Below the pieces are notes generated by a model. The model was not told where the DNA came from and ran no database searches. It was given only the letters and a program-made list of their open reading frames with translations. From assembly GCA_044376225.1 (NCBI GenBank), contig JBILLF010000005.1, forward strand, positions 820 through 64,819: 64,000 bases of DNA, given 5' to 3'. Within the stretch, counting starts at the first letter, position 1, and each line of letters starts with the position of its first letter. This DNA comes from Patescibacteria group bacterium (GTDB lineage Bacteria; Bacteroidota; Ignavibacteria; Kapaibacteriales; Kapaibacteriaceae). The translations under genes and the position numbers were made by a program. Positions 16,937-26,386 of the stretch are shown here, in pieces.

Positions 16937-19507
16937 ATGGTACGTTTTCGTTTACACCGGTTCATTGGTGTCGTTACCGGTCTGATTCTGGCCACGTCTG
17001 CCTTCGCTCAGGTACGCATTGATACGCGCACGCTGTTTGTGCCCGTTCAGGTCGAGAAACAGGACGCCTCTGCGCAGACCACTGCTAACCTCCGCACCAC
17101 GGCTCTGTCCCATGCCACGGCACGGGCATTGTTCGAACCGCAGCCACAGCGCATCGAACTGGCAAACTTCCCGATTCCGGGTACCGATGGCATAACGCTC
17201 AAGCTCGAACGTACGCGTACGGTGGTGGATGCCAACACCGAGATCTACACGCATACCAAGCAGGGCAAGGTGCGCATGAAGGTGCGTCCCGTGGTGTCGT
17301 ACAAGGGAACGATCAACGGTGACCCTGAGACGATGGTTTCTCTGCACTACTCCGATGCAGATGTTACGGGCTTTATCCAAGAGCGCGACGGACACCGTGT
17401 GATCATCGGCCGTGATTTTTCCTCGGCTCAATCGGCAACCGCAACGCCCCATATCATCGGCGAAGAAGCCGCCATGTTCGGCGTCGATCCGCTGTCGCGC
17501 TTTATCTGCGGCAACGAGAGTCTGCCGGTTGATGATGACGCAATACGCCGCAAGATGTCGCTCCCTGTTGTCGGTAAAGGGGCTGAGAACACTCAGGCCG
17601 ATGACCTGCGTGAATTCAAGATGGCTGTTGTTCTGCGCGAAGACATCGACAGCGTGATGAAGCGCCGTGGTCAGACCGATGAGCAGATCGTGCAGTATTT
17701 CATCAAGGTCATCAGTGCTATGGCCCAGGTTTATGAGCAGGATCTCAACGCCTATCTCTACATGGCATATTTCGAAAAGTTCACGGTTGATGAACCGTCC
17801 GGATACTATTACGACGGCCGTTCACCTGGTGATCTCCTTGAGGAATTCTCCAGCGACTGGTCAAAGCGTATGAACAACGTCGATCGTACGGTGGCCCACC
17901 TGTATGCTCTGATCCGCCCGGTAGGGGGCTCATTCGTCGGTGGAATTGCCTTCCTCGACCAGCTCTGTAACAAGAAGTTCAGAGGCGGCTATGGAGTAAG
18001 CACTGTCTACCTAACTGCAACAGATATTCCGGGCAATCCGAACACCAGCAATGCATTTGTCTGGGACGTCTTCGTTGCCGCTCACGAAATGGGTCACAAC
18101 GTTGGCTCGCCCCACACACACAACTGCTATTGGAGTCCGCCGGTTGATACGTGTCAGCTTGCACCCCAGATCGACCAGACCGACGGCTGTTTTGCCGATC
18201 AATCGCTACGTCGCGTGATTCCTGGCACGATCATGAGTTACTGCCACCTTGTCAACGGTAACCGCACTCCTCTGACCTTTGGCCCTCGCGTTTCTGAACG
18301 CATGCGTGGGTGGATCAAAGCATCACCATGCGTGCCCCTTATCACACGTCCGCTGGTGCAACTCACCGAGCCACGTGGTACGGATTCGTATCAGCCAGAT
18401 GAGAAAATGACCATTCGCTGGAAGTCGAATCGCATCGCCCAGGTTAATCTCCTGTGGGGTCCGGCCGTTAGCGGTCCTTGGACCAAGATCGCCGGTCCTC
18501 TCAACGCAGCCGATGAGCTTTTTACGTGGACTGTTCCATCGAACCTCAGTCCGGAGTTCTGGGTTCGCATCGAAGATGCATCAGACCCGAACGTGAACGA
18601 CACATCTCTGGCAAAGTACCGTCTTTCCGTGCCCGTTGTGCTTACAGCACCGAAGGGTGGGGAGCGCCTTGGCTCGGGATCGACATACCAGATCCGCTGG
18701 ACACGTGCCCAGGGCATCACCAACGTCAAGGTGGAGTTCGCATCGGACGGAACAACATTTGAGACGCTGGCTGCCTCGCTGAATGCCGCAACGTTCAATT
18801 GGACCGTTCCGGCAACGGCAACATCAAACGCTCGCATTCGTGTCACGGCCCTGAGTGCTCCTTCAACGCCATCGTCATCAGGTGAGTTCTCTATCGGAGC
18901 GCCTCGGTTTGTGCTGGACATTCCGGAAGAGAACGCCAAACTGTGCAAGAACCAGCCCAACCAGTACCGCTGGACGTCGGACTTTGTTGAGAGCGCTCGT
19001 ATTCAGTACAGCACAGATAACGGCACGAATTGGAGAACAGCAACACAGCAGTCAACGATCGACCTTTCTGTGTGGCAGGTCTTCAGCACCAACATCAACA
19101 TGAACAATGTACCTCCGGGAACAAAGGTCAAGCTACGCGTCATTGATGCTGCATCGGAGAGCAACGTTCTGGCCACACGCGACAATCTGGTGATCGACAC
19201 CTGTGCAAAGCCGGTTTCTGTAGATGAAGAATCCGAAATGCGAGCCCCGTTCACAATCACATCCGTCCATCCAAATCCTGCGTCCACATCTGTGACGTGT
19301 GTGGTCGGTTCGGACAAGGACGTCGAGTCATCGTTTGTGCTGATCGCTACCGACGGCAGTGAGATCGTGCTGCGTTCTACAGAGCGTCTTGTGAGCGGCA
19401 CGCAAACCATCACCCTTCCGCTGAGCAATGTTGCGGTCGGAGCCTATCGCCTAGCAATCCGTTCAGGTGCAATGCAGACGTCGACACCACTGATGATCGT
19501 TCGGTAA
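16937..19507 (+). CDS. secreted zinc metalloprotease (metzincin, reprolysin-like) with repeated beta-sandwich modules and T9SS sorting domain
   Basis: Signal peptide; HEMGHNVGSPH (HExxHxxGxxH); three or four repeats containing (I/Y)RW(K/T); C-terminal HPNPASTSVTCVV...AYRLAIRSGAMQTSTPLMIVR. Confidence 0.85.
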   Translation: MVRFRLHRFIGVVTGLILATSAFAQVRIDTRTLFVPVQVEKQDASAQTTANLRTTALSHATARALFEPQPQRIELANFPIPGTDGITLKLERTRTVVDANTEIYTHTKQGKVRMKVRPVVSYKGTINGDPETMVSLHYSDADVTGFIQERDGHRVIIGRDFSSAQSATATPHIIGEEAAMFGVDPLSRFICGNESLPVDDDAIRRKMSLPVVGKGAENTQADDLREFKMAVVLREDIDSVMKRRGQTDEQIVQYFIKVISAMAQVYEQDLNAYLYMAYFEKFTVDEPSGYYYDGRSPGDLLEEFSSDWSKRMNNVDRTVAHLYALIRPVGGSFVGGIAFLDQLCNKKFRGGYGVSTVYLTATDIPGNPNTSNAFVWDVFVAAHEMGHNVGSPHTHNCYWSPPVDTCQLAPQIDQTDGCFADQSLRRVIPGTIMSYCHLVNGNRTPLTFGPRVSERMRGWIKASPCVPLITRPLVQLTEPRGTDSYQPDEKMTIRWKSNRIAQVNLLWGPAVSGPWTKIAGPLNAADELFTWTVPSNLSPEFWVRIEDASDPNVNDTSLAKYRLSVPVVLTAPKGGERLGSGSTYQIRWTRAQGITNVKVEFASDGTTFETLAASLNAATFNWTVPATATSNARIRVTALSAPSTPSSSGEFSIGAPRFVLDIPEENAKLCKNQPNQYRWTSDFVESARIQYSTDNGTNWRTATQQSTIDLSVWQVFSTNINMNNVPPGTKVKLRVIDAASESNVLATRDNLVIDTCAKPVSVDEESEMRAPFTITSVHPNPASTSVTCVVGSDKDVESSFVLIATDGSEIVLRSTERLVSGTQTITLPLSNVAVGAYRLAIRSGAMQTSTPLMIVR

Positions 19508-19521
19508 ATCGAGGGCACGTT

Positions 19522-20424
19522 GTGAGTCTCTTCAATTCGCTGGTCGTAGCAACTCTGCCCATCATTCCAAAGCGCATCGTCAAAGCTGTGGCTCAACGGT
19601 ACATTGCCGGCGACCGGCTCTCAGATGCCGTGCGTGTAACGCAGGATCTAATGCGGCAAGGGGCCTGCTCGACAATTGATGTGTTGGGCGAGTTTGTCTC
19701 TTCGCGTGAGCGCGCGACCTCCGAGACAGCCTCGCAGGCAAGGGTGATCGATGCGATCCGGGATAACGGACTCGACTCGTACCTCAGCGTCAAGCTGACG
19801 TCGCTGGGGCTCGACATCGATCGTGACTTTGCTTACGGAAATCTGCGGTCACTGGTCGAGAAGGCCAAGTCCTTGGGACTCTTTGTCCGAATGGACATGG
19901 AGAACACGCCGTACACGGACATCACCCTCGACTTCTACCGTCGTCTTCGTAATGACGGCTTTGACAATGTGGGTGTCGTGATTCAGGCATATCTGCACCG
20001 GTCCGAGGCAGATATTCGTTCGCTTCTCGACTACGCTCCATCGGTTCGTCTCTGCAAGGGCATCTACGTCGAAGATGCGTCTGTGGCTATCAAGGACCCT
20101 GACGGTATCCGTTCGAACTATCGCAAGCTCCTCACGATACTGCTGTCATCTCCGTCGCGCACGCACATCGCCACGCACGACGAACAGCTGATCGTTGATG
20201 CCGAACGGCAAGTCAAGCAGCTGCGACCAAATGGCGATAACGTTGAGTTCCAGATGCTGCTTGGTGTGCGCGAAGACCGCCGAGATACACTGATCAAAGG
20301 CGGACATCGCGTCCGGATCTACGTGCCATTTGGTGATGACTGGTATGGCTATTCTACCCGACGCTTGAAGGAGAACCCTCAAGTCGCCGGATACGTGGCC
20401 AAGGCTGTCCTGACAGGCAAGTGA
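19522..20424 (+). CDS. proline dehydrogenase family protein
   Basis: GTG start. IATHDEQLI and YVPFGDDWYGYSTRRLKENPQ are typical of monofunctional PRODH. Confidence 0.8.
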   Translation: MSLFNSLVVATLPIIPKRIVKAVAQRYIAGDRLSDAVRVTQDLMRQGACSTIDVLGEFVSSRERATSETASQARVIDAIRDNGLDSYLSVKLTSLGLDIDRDFAYGNLRSLVEKAKSLGLFVRMDMENTPYTDITLDFYRRLRNDGFDNVGVVIQAYLHRSEADIRSLLDYAPSVRLCKGIYVEDASVAIKDPDGIRSNYRKLLTILLSSPSRTHIATHDEQLIVDAERQVKQLRPNGDNVEFQMLLGVREDRRDTLIKGGHRVRIYVPFGDDWYGYSTRRLKENPQVAGYVAKAVLTGK

Positions 20425-21314
20425 TGGGTCGCCTTCAGCACGCTGCGTGTGTTCTGCTGGCCCCCTTGGCGCTGGCCCTGACGGCCTGTCATTCCTCGCG
20501 CCTGGCCTACCCGGACCAAGTAACCGTGGGTACATTCAACATCGAGTGGCTTGGTGATGGTGTCGAGGACATGAAGTCCCGCACCGACGATGATTACCGT
20601 CGCATTGCAGATGTCATTGATCGCAGTCAAGCGGACGTGCTTGGCCTGCAGGAAATCGAAAACACCGCCGCACTCGAGCGTGTACTGCGCCACCTTCCTG
20701 AATTCACGGGCTTTATCGCCGATGCCGGGATCAAGCAGAACGTTGGCGTGATCTATCGCAAGGGGCTTTCCGTGCGCCAGGTTGGCGTGCTCACCGATCT
20801 GAATATGGGAGTCGATCGACTGCGTCCCGGCCTCATACTGTCGTGCCGTAAGGATGCATTCGATTGGATGATGATGGTTGTGCATCTCAAGAGCACATCC
20901 CGTGCTGACAGTACCGACGAACTTCGCGAAGAGTCACGCCGCATCCGTGGAAAGCAGTCCGCGCGGATTCGCTCGTGGGCAGACTCCGTTGTGCGCAGCG
21001 GCACCGAAACGGACGTGATGATCGTGGGCGACCTTAACGACTTTCCGGGTCGACGTGAGAATGCCACCCTTGGACCTCTCATCGCCAGTAAGGAGTTGAC
21101 GTTTCTCACGGGCGCTCTTCGTTCCTGCAAGAACCCAAACTGGTACGTGATCGACCATGTGGTGGTCTCGCAATCAGCGCAGCAGCGATTCGTTGCCGGG
21201 AGCGAGGCCGTCATTGACATGCGGTCATTTCTCGATGCGCGTGAAGTCTCAGGCGTGAGTGATCACTGTCCCGTCACGGTCCGATTTTCAACGGCGGAAA
21301 CCGACAACGACTAA
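20424..21314 (+). CDS. endonuclease/exonuclease/phosphatase (EEP) family lipoprotein
   Basis: Lipobox LALALTACHS; FNIEWLG, GLQEIEN, VGDLNDF and SDHCPVTVRF motifs. The ATG overlaps the upstream TGA by 1 nt. Confidence 0.8.
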   Translation: MGRLQHAACVLLAPLALALTACHSSRLAYPDQVTVGTFNIEWLGDGVEDMKSRTDDDYRRIADVIDRSQADVLGLQEIENTAALERVLRHLPEFTGFIADAGIKQNVGVIYRKGLSVRQVGVLTDLNMGVDRLRPGLILSCRKDAFDWMMMVVHLKSTSRADSTDELREESRRIRGKQSARIRSWADSVVRSGTETDVMIVGDLNDFPGRRENATLGPLIASKELTFLTGALRSCKNPNWYVIDHVVVSQSAQQRFVAGSEAVIDMRSFLDAREVSGVSDHCPVTVRFSTAETDND

Positions 21315-21333
21315 TGTGCTGCCCGTCAGGGCG

Positions 21334-23775
21334 TTAGGCAAAGACCGTCACCTTGTTACCAGTACGGAGGCTCACCTCGACGGCTGCCTGTGCATGAGCG
21401 ATCAGATCGTCCCACGTATCCCGTGGCTCTGCCTGGGCGATTCCAATCGATGTGGTAAATGCCAGACGCTTGCCGGCGATCTCCACCGGCGTACTGGCCA
21501 CTTCACGGCGCATCGTCTCGGTCCAGTTCTGTGCTTCCTGCAGCTTGTATCCGATCAGAGCCAGAGCGATCTGCTCTTCGTCCATACGTGCCACCACATC
21601 GTAGTCACGTAGTTGTTCCTTAACCAGCCGTAGAACATGCAACATCGCATGCATTCGCTGCTCGGGAGTTGCCCGTGATGGGTCGAGTTGCAACATGCAA
21701 ACCGTAAGCGGAATGTTGTAGTCGATTGACCGGGCAAACTCCTCGCGGACGCGCATCTCGAAACCATTGGTGTTGAGCACACCCGTAGCGTGATCCAAAA
21801 GGGCCGCCCCCTTCAATGACTGGGTCTGATGCAGCTGTTCGAAGATCGTGGCTACGTGTTCGGCGAGAGCTTCGGCAAGGGCAATGTCCTGGGAGGAAAG
21901 CGTAGCCTCGAGGTTTTCGAGATACAGAGCCCCGAAGCACTCCTTCGAAGTACGCAGAGCAACCGCGACAAACTGTCCAAACTCGACAGGGGGCTCTCCA
22001 TCAACGACGCGGAGTCCATCTAGGTCCTGCGACAAGATGACGGTTGATGCCGACGTGATGCAGGAACCGACCGCGCTCTGGTGAACATCAATCGGGCTGC
22101 CAACGAGTGAACGGTAATTGTCATCCATGGCCGAACGCGCATCGGTCATAGACCATCCACCCGAGCCGGCATCGTAACTAACAAGTCCGATACGGCTGAC
22201 GTCCATGTTTTGGATGACGGTACCGAACAGGGCGCGCGTTACGCTCTGGATCGAGACCGATGTTTCTCCTATAGCACCGCGCAGCTGTTCGAGAGCCTCG
22301 AGCTTTGACGATGCCAGCATCAGGTCATACTTGGACGTGTACGACGAAACGAGTCCGGAAATGAGCTTTGTGAACTGCCCGAAGAAGCCTACCGTGATAT
22401 CCGAATAGGCATCTTCTACCTGTGAGTCGGCGCAGAGAATACCCACTACATTGCCACCATAATACACAGGTACACCGATGAACGAGATCGTACCCGCTGG
22501 ACGGTCGTAATACGGCAGCAACTCCATCTCGGCCGCGGCACTTATCTGCGTGATGATCTCGGGACGTCCCTCGCGGGCAATCTGGCTAAGTGCGTCCATC
22601 CCCATCGGCAGTTTACGTTGCTCAGTGAACTCGGCCTCCGCTTCGGTGATCTTGGCTTCGACCACAAGCTGTTGACGCTCCGAGTTGACCCACAGGAAGG
22701 CAGCCGTGCGGGCGTTGGTGGCCGAGCGGATCACCATCAGCACACGGTTCAGGAGATAATCAAACTCACGACGCGGCTCCTGTGAGGCCATGTCCTCATC
22801 GGCAGTGTCGTTGACAAAGGTCGAAAGCGAAACCGCCGGGGACCGCCGTGAGGTCTGCCCGACTGTAGCAGGCATCGCCACTGACTCCTGGACATCGACC
22901 GGCACCTCGAAAGCATCGCCAAGGTCCTCATCGGCATCGTCGGCAGTAGATGTATCAGTCCCCTGCACAACTTCCAAAGGTGATTCAGCGGCGGGTTCGT
23001 CCACCGTATCAGTCGGTGCATGCGACGTCTCTTTCGTCGGCACATCGTGACTTAACGGCGTATCGCTGGTCTCGGCTGACGTTACCACGGGCTCCTGCGG
23101 AGCAACGGTCGTCGTGCGTGCCGGCCGGATGATCACATCCTCCGACAGCTGGATCTCCTGCGTGACCTCACCCTCAAACACAGGCACAGACGGCGTTGAA
23201 GCCCCTGAACGTTTCTCGGTCATTTCCTGCAGCTGTGCTCTGCGCGCGGCCTGGCGGGTTTCACTGACGAGTGTCGGGACGGATGGACCCGTGCTCTTGC
23301 GCGTGCCGACAATACGTACGCTGGATTCACCTTCTGAGATCAGCTCAATGTTCTGGACCGGCGGTTCTATATTCACCTCACCAGCCGCACGCTGCGCGAC
23401 CTCCTCGAACAGAGCAGTCTGGTTTTCGTCGAAGAACGGCTGTTCTTCGCCCTCCGTCTGCCCGAAGGATTCACGATACGCCTCTGGATCGAACGTCTGC
23501 GTGCGCTTCTTGGCGTCCTGCGTTGTTCGCGAGGTAATATCCGGCGTTGCGGATGGCCGCACCGGTGTGATTATCTGTAGATCGGTCAGCCGTGGCGAAA
23601 CCATCATGAACAGAGCCACACCGCCGAGGATTGCAATACAGATGCCGATCAGACGCACGGCAAGATTATCTCCCGGAGCCACCACGGCGATCACCAGCCC
23701 CACGCCTATGGCGATGAATGCGATTGAATCGCTTGGCAGGAATACCTTTCGTAGCTCTACCTTCTTCTTGGCCAT
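21334..23775 (-). CDS. membrane-anchored GAF-GAF protein with degenerate GGDEF domain
   Basis: Two N-terminal TM helices, about 300 aa of acidic low-complexity linker, then two GAF-like segments. The C-terminal GGDEF fold (LDHATGVLNTNGF...TSIGIA) has RMDEEQ in place of R-GGDEF and no DxD-FK/GH-GD blocks. Confidence 0.75.
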   Translation of the reverse strand: MAKKKVELRKVFLPSDSIAFIAIGVGLVIAVVAPGDNLAVRLIGICIAILGGVALFMMVSPRLTDLQIITPVRPSATPDITSRTTQDAKKRTQTFDPEAYRESFGQTEGEEQPFFDENQTALFEEVAQRAAGEVNIEPPVQNIELISEGESSVRIVGTRKSTGPSVPTLVSETRQAARRAQLQEMTEKRSGASTPSVPVFEGEVTQEIQLSEDVIIRPARTTTVAPQEPVVTSAETSDTPLSHDVPTKETSHAPTDTVDEPAAESPLEVVQGTDTSTADDADEDLGDAFEVPVDVQESVAMPATVGQTSRRSPAVSLSTFVNDTADEDMASQEPRREFDYLLNRVLMVIRSATNARTAAFLWVNSERQQLVVEAKITEAEAEFTEQRKLPMGMDALSQIAREGRPEIITQISAAAEMELLPYYDRPAGTISFIGVPVYYGGNVVGILCADSQVEDAYSDITVGFFGQFTKLISGLVSSYTSKYDLMLASSKLEALEQLRGAIGETSVSIQSVTRALFGTVIQNMDVSRIGLVSYDAGSGGWSMTDARSAMDDNYRSLVGSPIDVHQSAVGSCITSASTVILSQDLDGLRVVDGEPPVEFGQFVAVALRTSKECFGALYLENLEATLSSQDIALAEALAEHVATIFEQLHQTQSLKGAALLDHATGVLNTNGFEMRVREEFARSIDYNIPLTVCMLQLDPSRATPEQRMHAMLHVLRLVKEQLRDYDVVARMDEEQIALALIGYKLQEAQNWTETMRREVASTPVEIAGKRLAFTTSIGIAQAEPRDTWDDLIAHAQAAVEVSLRTGNKVTVFA

Positions 23776-23781
23776 TGGAGA

Positions 23782-24846
23782 TCAGGGAAGTAGTTCGACT
23801 TCGTAGCGCGAGGTCTGTGATTGGGTAACGGTTTGCTGTCCACCTTGCGGAAGGCCAACGCGCGCCGTCATGGACATTGTGATCTGATTCTTCTTCGACA
23901 CTGTAAAACCACGATCGACATCCATCACTGCACTTGACGATCCGGTGATCTGCGATGTCTGCAGTGAAATTGAGAGGGGCGAGTTCTTTGGCAATGGTAT
24001 CGCACGGACACTGCCAACGACATTGGCCGTAACCGCGCCGATGCGACGCCCCTTAAGATCATACACGCGGTCGATGGAATATGTCGCCCGCGTCAGGACC
24101 GTAAAGATCTCACTCAGGGGGCTCTGCTGTTCGTTCACCCAAGTCCCGGACGAGTCGATCGGTTGCTTCGGAAACGGCACAAACTCCTGGAGCGTAAAGG
24201 CTGCATAGATCCCGTTCTTGAGTTGCGCGGCCACCTGCTCGAGAGCGGCAGGGGGCATGGGCTGACTAGAAGCCAGGGCGATCTTCCGAACGATTGGCGA
24301 AACATCACCAACCTGCTGAACACGTCCGTCGGGTGAAATATAGACCAATACTTCCTCGCCGATCAGAGACGAGAACTGGGGGAACCGCTTGCGATTGACA
24401 GCCGTGGTATCTGATGATCGGTATGACTGCTCCATGAGCGTTGCACCGGTGCGCATATTGCGAATGGTCCCGGACACGGTGATGGAGTCGAATCTCAGCA
24501 CCGTCTCGTACGAGCCGTCGGAACGCGTTGAGCGGACTATCCGGGTGTAGTAGTGTGTACTCTTCGACGTCGTACGGGCCGTATCGGGACCGCCCTCGGA
24601 TTCCTGAATTGCTCGGTACCGGAACACTTCTCCATTGCGGTAGCGGACCTGGAGCATCTTGATGCCCGCCTTGGCCGGAGATTGACGCACGGCACGGGCC
24701 GTATCGGCAAGTGCCAGTTCTTTGTCCGAGGTAGAGAGATCTCCTTCGTCAGGAGAGCAGCCGACGAGTCCCGTCAGCATGATGCTGAGCAGGATGGCAC
24801 GGGCCACATGGCGTCTTACCACTGATACTGCTTGATGAGCTTCCAC
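23782..24846 (-). CDS. hypothetical lipoprotein (paralogue-like of upstream gene)
   Basis: Lipobox LTGLVGCS. The true start may be the GTG at 24822 or 24807 rather than the ATG at 24846. It lies 6 nt upstream of the GAF-GGDEF gene. Confidence 0.55.
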   Translation of the reverse strand: MEAHQAVSVVRRHVARAILLSIMLTGLVGCSPDEGDLSTSDKELALADTARAVRQSPAKAGIKMLQVRYRNGEVFRYRAIQESEGGPDTARTTSKSTHYYTRIVRSTRSDGSYETVLRFDSITVSGTIRNMRTGATLMEQSYRSSDTTAVNRKRFPQFSSLIGEEVLVYISPDGRVQQVGDVSPIVRKIALASSQPMPPAALEQVAAQLKNGIYAAFTLQEFVPFPKQPIDSSGTWVNEQQSPLSEIFTVLTRATYSIDRVYDLKGRRIGAVTANVVGSVRAIPLPKNSPLSISLQTSQITGSSSAVMDVDRGFTVSKKNQITMSMTARVGLPQGGQQTVTQSQTSRYEVELLP

Positions 24847-25796
24847 GACTGTGTGGAGGTGACGCTTTGAGTGAATATTTCCTTGCCGACCTGTCCCCGG
24901 AAACGGGCTTTGATCTCGGCTTCGAGTCCGTTGAGGATCCCCGCCGTCGAAAGCAGAAGTGTACTATTGACCACTGCCTGCCCATCGAGACAGGTAACGA
25001 GATCGGGTATCTCGAGGACATGTACGGGCCAGCTTGTACGCACCGGCAGACTATCTTGCGTGGCGATCGAAAAGACGCCCCCTTCATAGGATTTGAATGT
25101 TGACCGCGCTTTGCCTTCATAGACGACGCCGTCAACGCGGTAGGCAAGCGGATGCTTCCACGACGAATCCATGATCTTCTTCGTCCCCGGCACGATACGC
25201 TTTTGGATGTCGCCAAGATGCGCCAGGTTTTCGTTTGAGAGCGACTGCAGCCATATGGTCGAGATGAGCGTGTCGAGGTCCGAGACATTCTGTTGGATGT
25301 AGTCCTTCCAGAAATCCACCTGCTCACCGGAGATCTTGGTGATCTCACCGTACGGTGAATACGTGATCTCGAACGAGCGGTTGAGCGTTCCGAGATAGTT
25401 ATTCAGGTCCGGAAATGCCTTCGGTGCCAGATCCTTCTGCGAATCATAGGAAATGATGGACGGTCCGGCCGTAAACTTATAGATGATCGAATCTGCTGTG
25501 ACCACCAAGCGGGAAACGTTGTCGACATTCTCGACGCATCGCACCGTCATATAGGTCAGCACGTCGCGCTGATAGTTCCGGCGCGAAGAATCGCTGTGAA
25601 TGCGCTCGATCGACGTTTTCTCGCTGACTTCGTAACTCTGGGCCACACCGGCGCGGTACGCTGCCTGTAGCCGGTACTCCTTGAAGACAGGGGGCTGTGC
25701 CGACGTCTTCGTCTGTGCATGCGCCGCAGCCTGCAGGAAACCGAGCACAACGGCGGTAACCATGATGATGCGGAACGACGTACGTATTGTTGGCAT
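24816..25796 (-). CDS. hypothetical secreted protein
   Basis: Signal peptide IIMVTAVVLGFLQAAAHAQ. Size and beta-rich composition are similar to the next gene. No family was recognised. Confidence 0.55.
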   Translation of the reverse strand: MPTIRTSFRIIMVTAVVLGFLQAAAHAQTKTSAQPPVFKEYRLQAAYRAGVAQSYEVSEKTSIERIHSDSSRRNYQRDVLTYMTVRCVENVDNVSRLVVTADSIIYKFTAGPSIISYDSQKDLAPKAFPDLNNYLGTLNRSFEITYSPYGEITKISGEQVDFWKDYIQQNVSDLDTLISTIWLQSLSNENLAHLGDIQKRIVPGTKKIMDSSWKHPLAYRVDGVVYEGKARSTFKSYEGGVFSIATQDSLPVRTSWPVHVLEIPDLVTCLDGQAVVNSTLLLSTAGILNGLEAEIKARFRGQVGKEIFTQSVTSTQSWKLIKQYQW

Positions 25797-25820
25797 GGCG
25801 TGAATCTACGGCAATTCGAC

Positions 25821-25854
25821 AAAAACGGCGCGGGGGCGGATCTCTCCTCCCCCG
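25821..25854 (-). terminator. possible ndk terminator
   Basis: On the minus strand, the hairpin CGGGGG-12nt-CCCCCG is followed by CGCCGTTTTT. Confidence 0.35.
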
Positions 25855-25902
25855 GCCAGTGCTTCGGTCATGACGCGCCACAGCTGCGTGGCGTGTATAG
25901 GA

Positions 25903-26325
25903 TTATCCGTTGTTGATCAGCTCGCTCTCAGCAAAGAAGAACGCAACCTCACGCAGTCCGTTCTCTACACTGTCCGATCCGTGAACGGCGTTCTCACCCT
26001 TGCTGGTGGCGTAGGCCTTGCGGATGGTGCCCTCAGCGGCTTCAGCTGGATCCGTTGCGCCGATGAGCGTACGCCAGTCAGCGATGGCGTTTTCCTTCTC
26101 CAGGGCGATCGGCACTATGGCACCGCTCGACATAAAGTTGACCAGCTCACCGTAAAACGGGCGCTCTTTGTGTACGGCGTAAAACTCACCGGCAACGTCG
26201 GCCGAGATGCGCGTGAGCTTCATGCCAAGCACGCGGAATCCCGCTGCTTGGATCATCGCTACGATGTTGCCAATGTTCTGGTTGCGGACAGCGTCCGGCT
26301 TAAGGATGCAAAGGGTACGTTCCAT
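25903..26325 (-). CDS. ndk: nucleoside-diphosphate kinase
   Basis: [13 protein letters not shown] and the NAVHGSDS active-site block. Confidence 0.95.
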   Translation of the reverse strand: MERTLCILKPDAVRNQNIGNIVAMIQAAGFRVLGMKLTRISADVAGEFYAVHKERPFYGELVNFMSSGAIVPIALEKENAIADWRTLIGATDPAEAAEGTIRKAYATSKGENAVHGSDSVENGLREVAFFFAESELINNG

Positions 26326-26350
26326 GTCAGGTGTCTGGTTGTAGGTTACA

Positions 26351-26374
26351 GGTTTTGGGTTTTGGGTTTTGGGT
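26351..26374. repeat. (GGTTTTG)x3 heptamer array, 26 nt upstream of the ndk start
   Basis: Direct reading gives aGGTTTTGGGTTTTGGGTTTTGGGTcg. On the ndk sense strand this is (CAAAACC)n. Confidence 0.95.
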
Positions 26375-26386
26375 CGATGATAGCGC

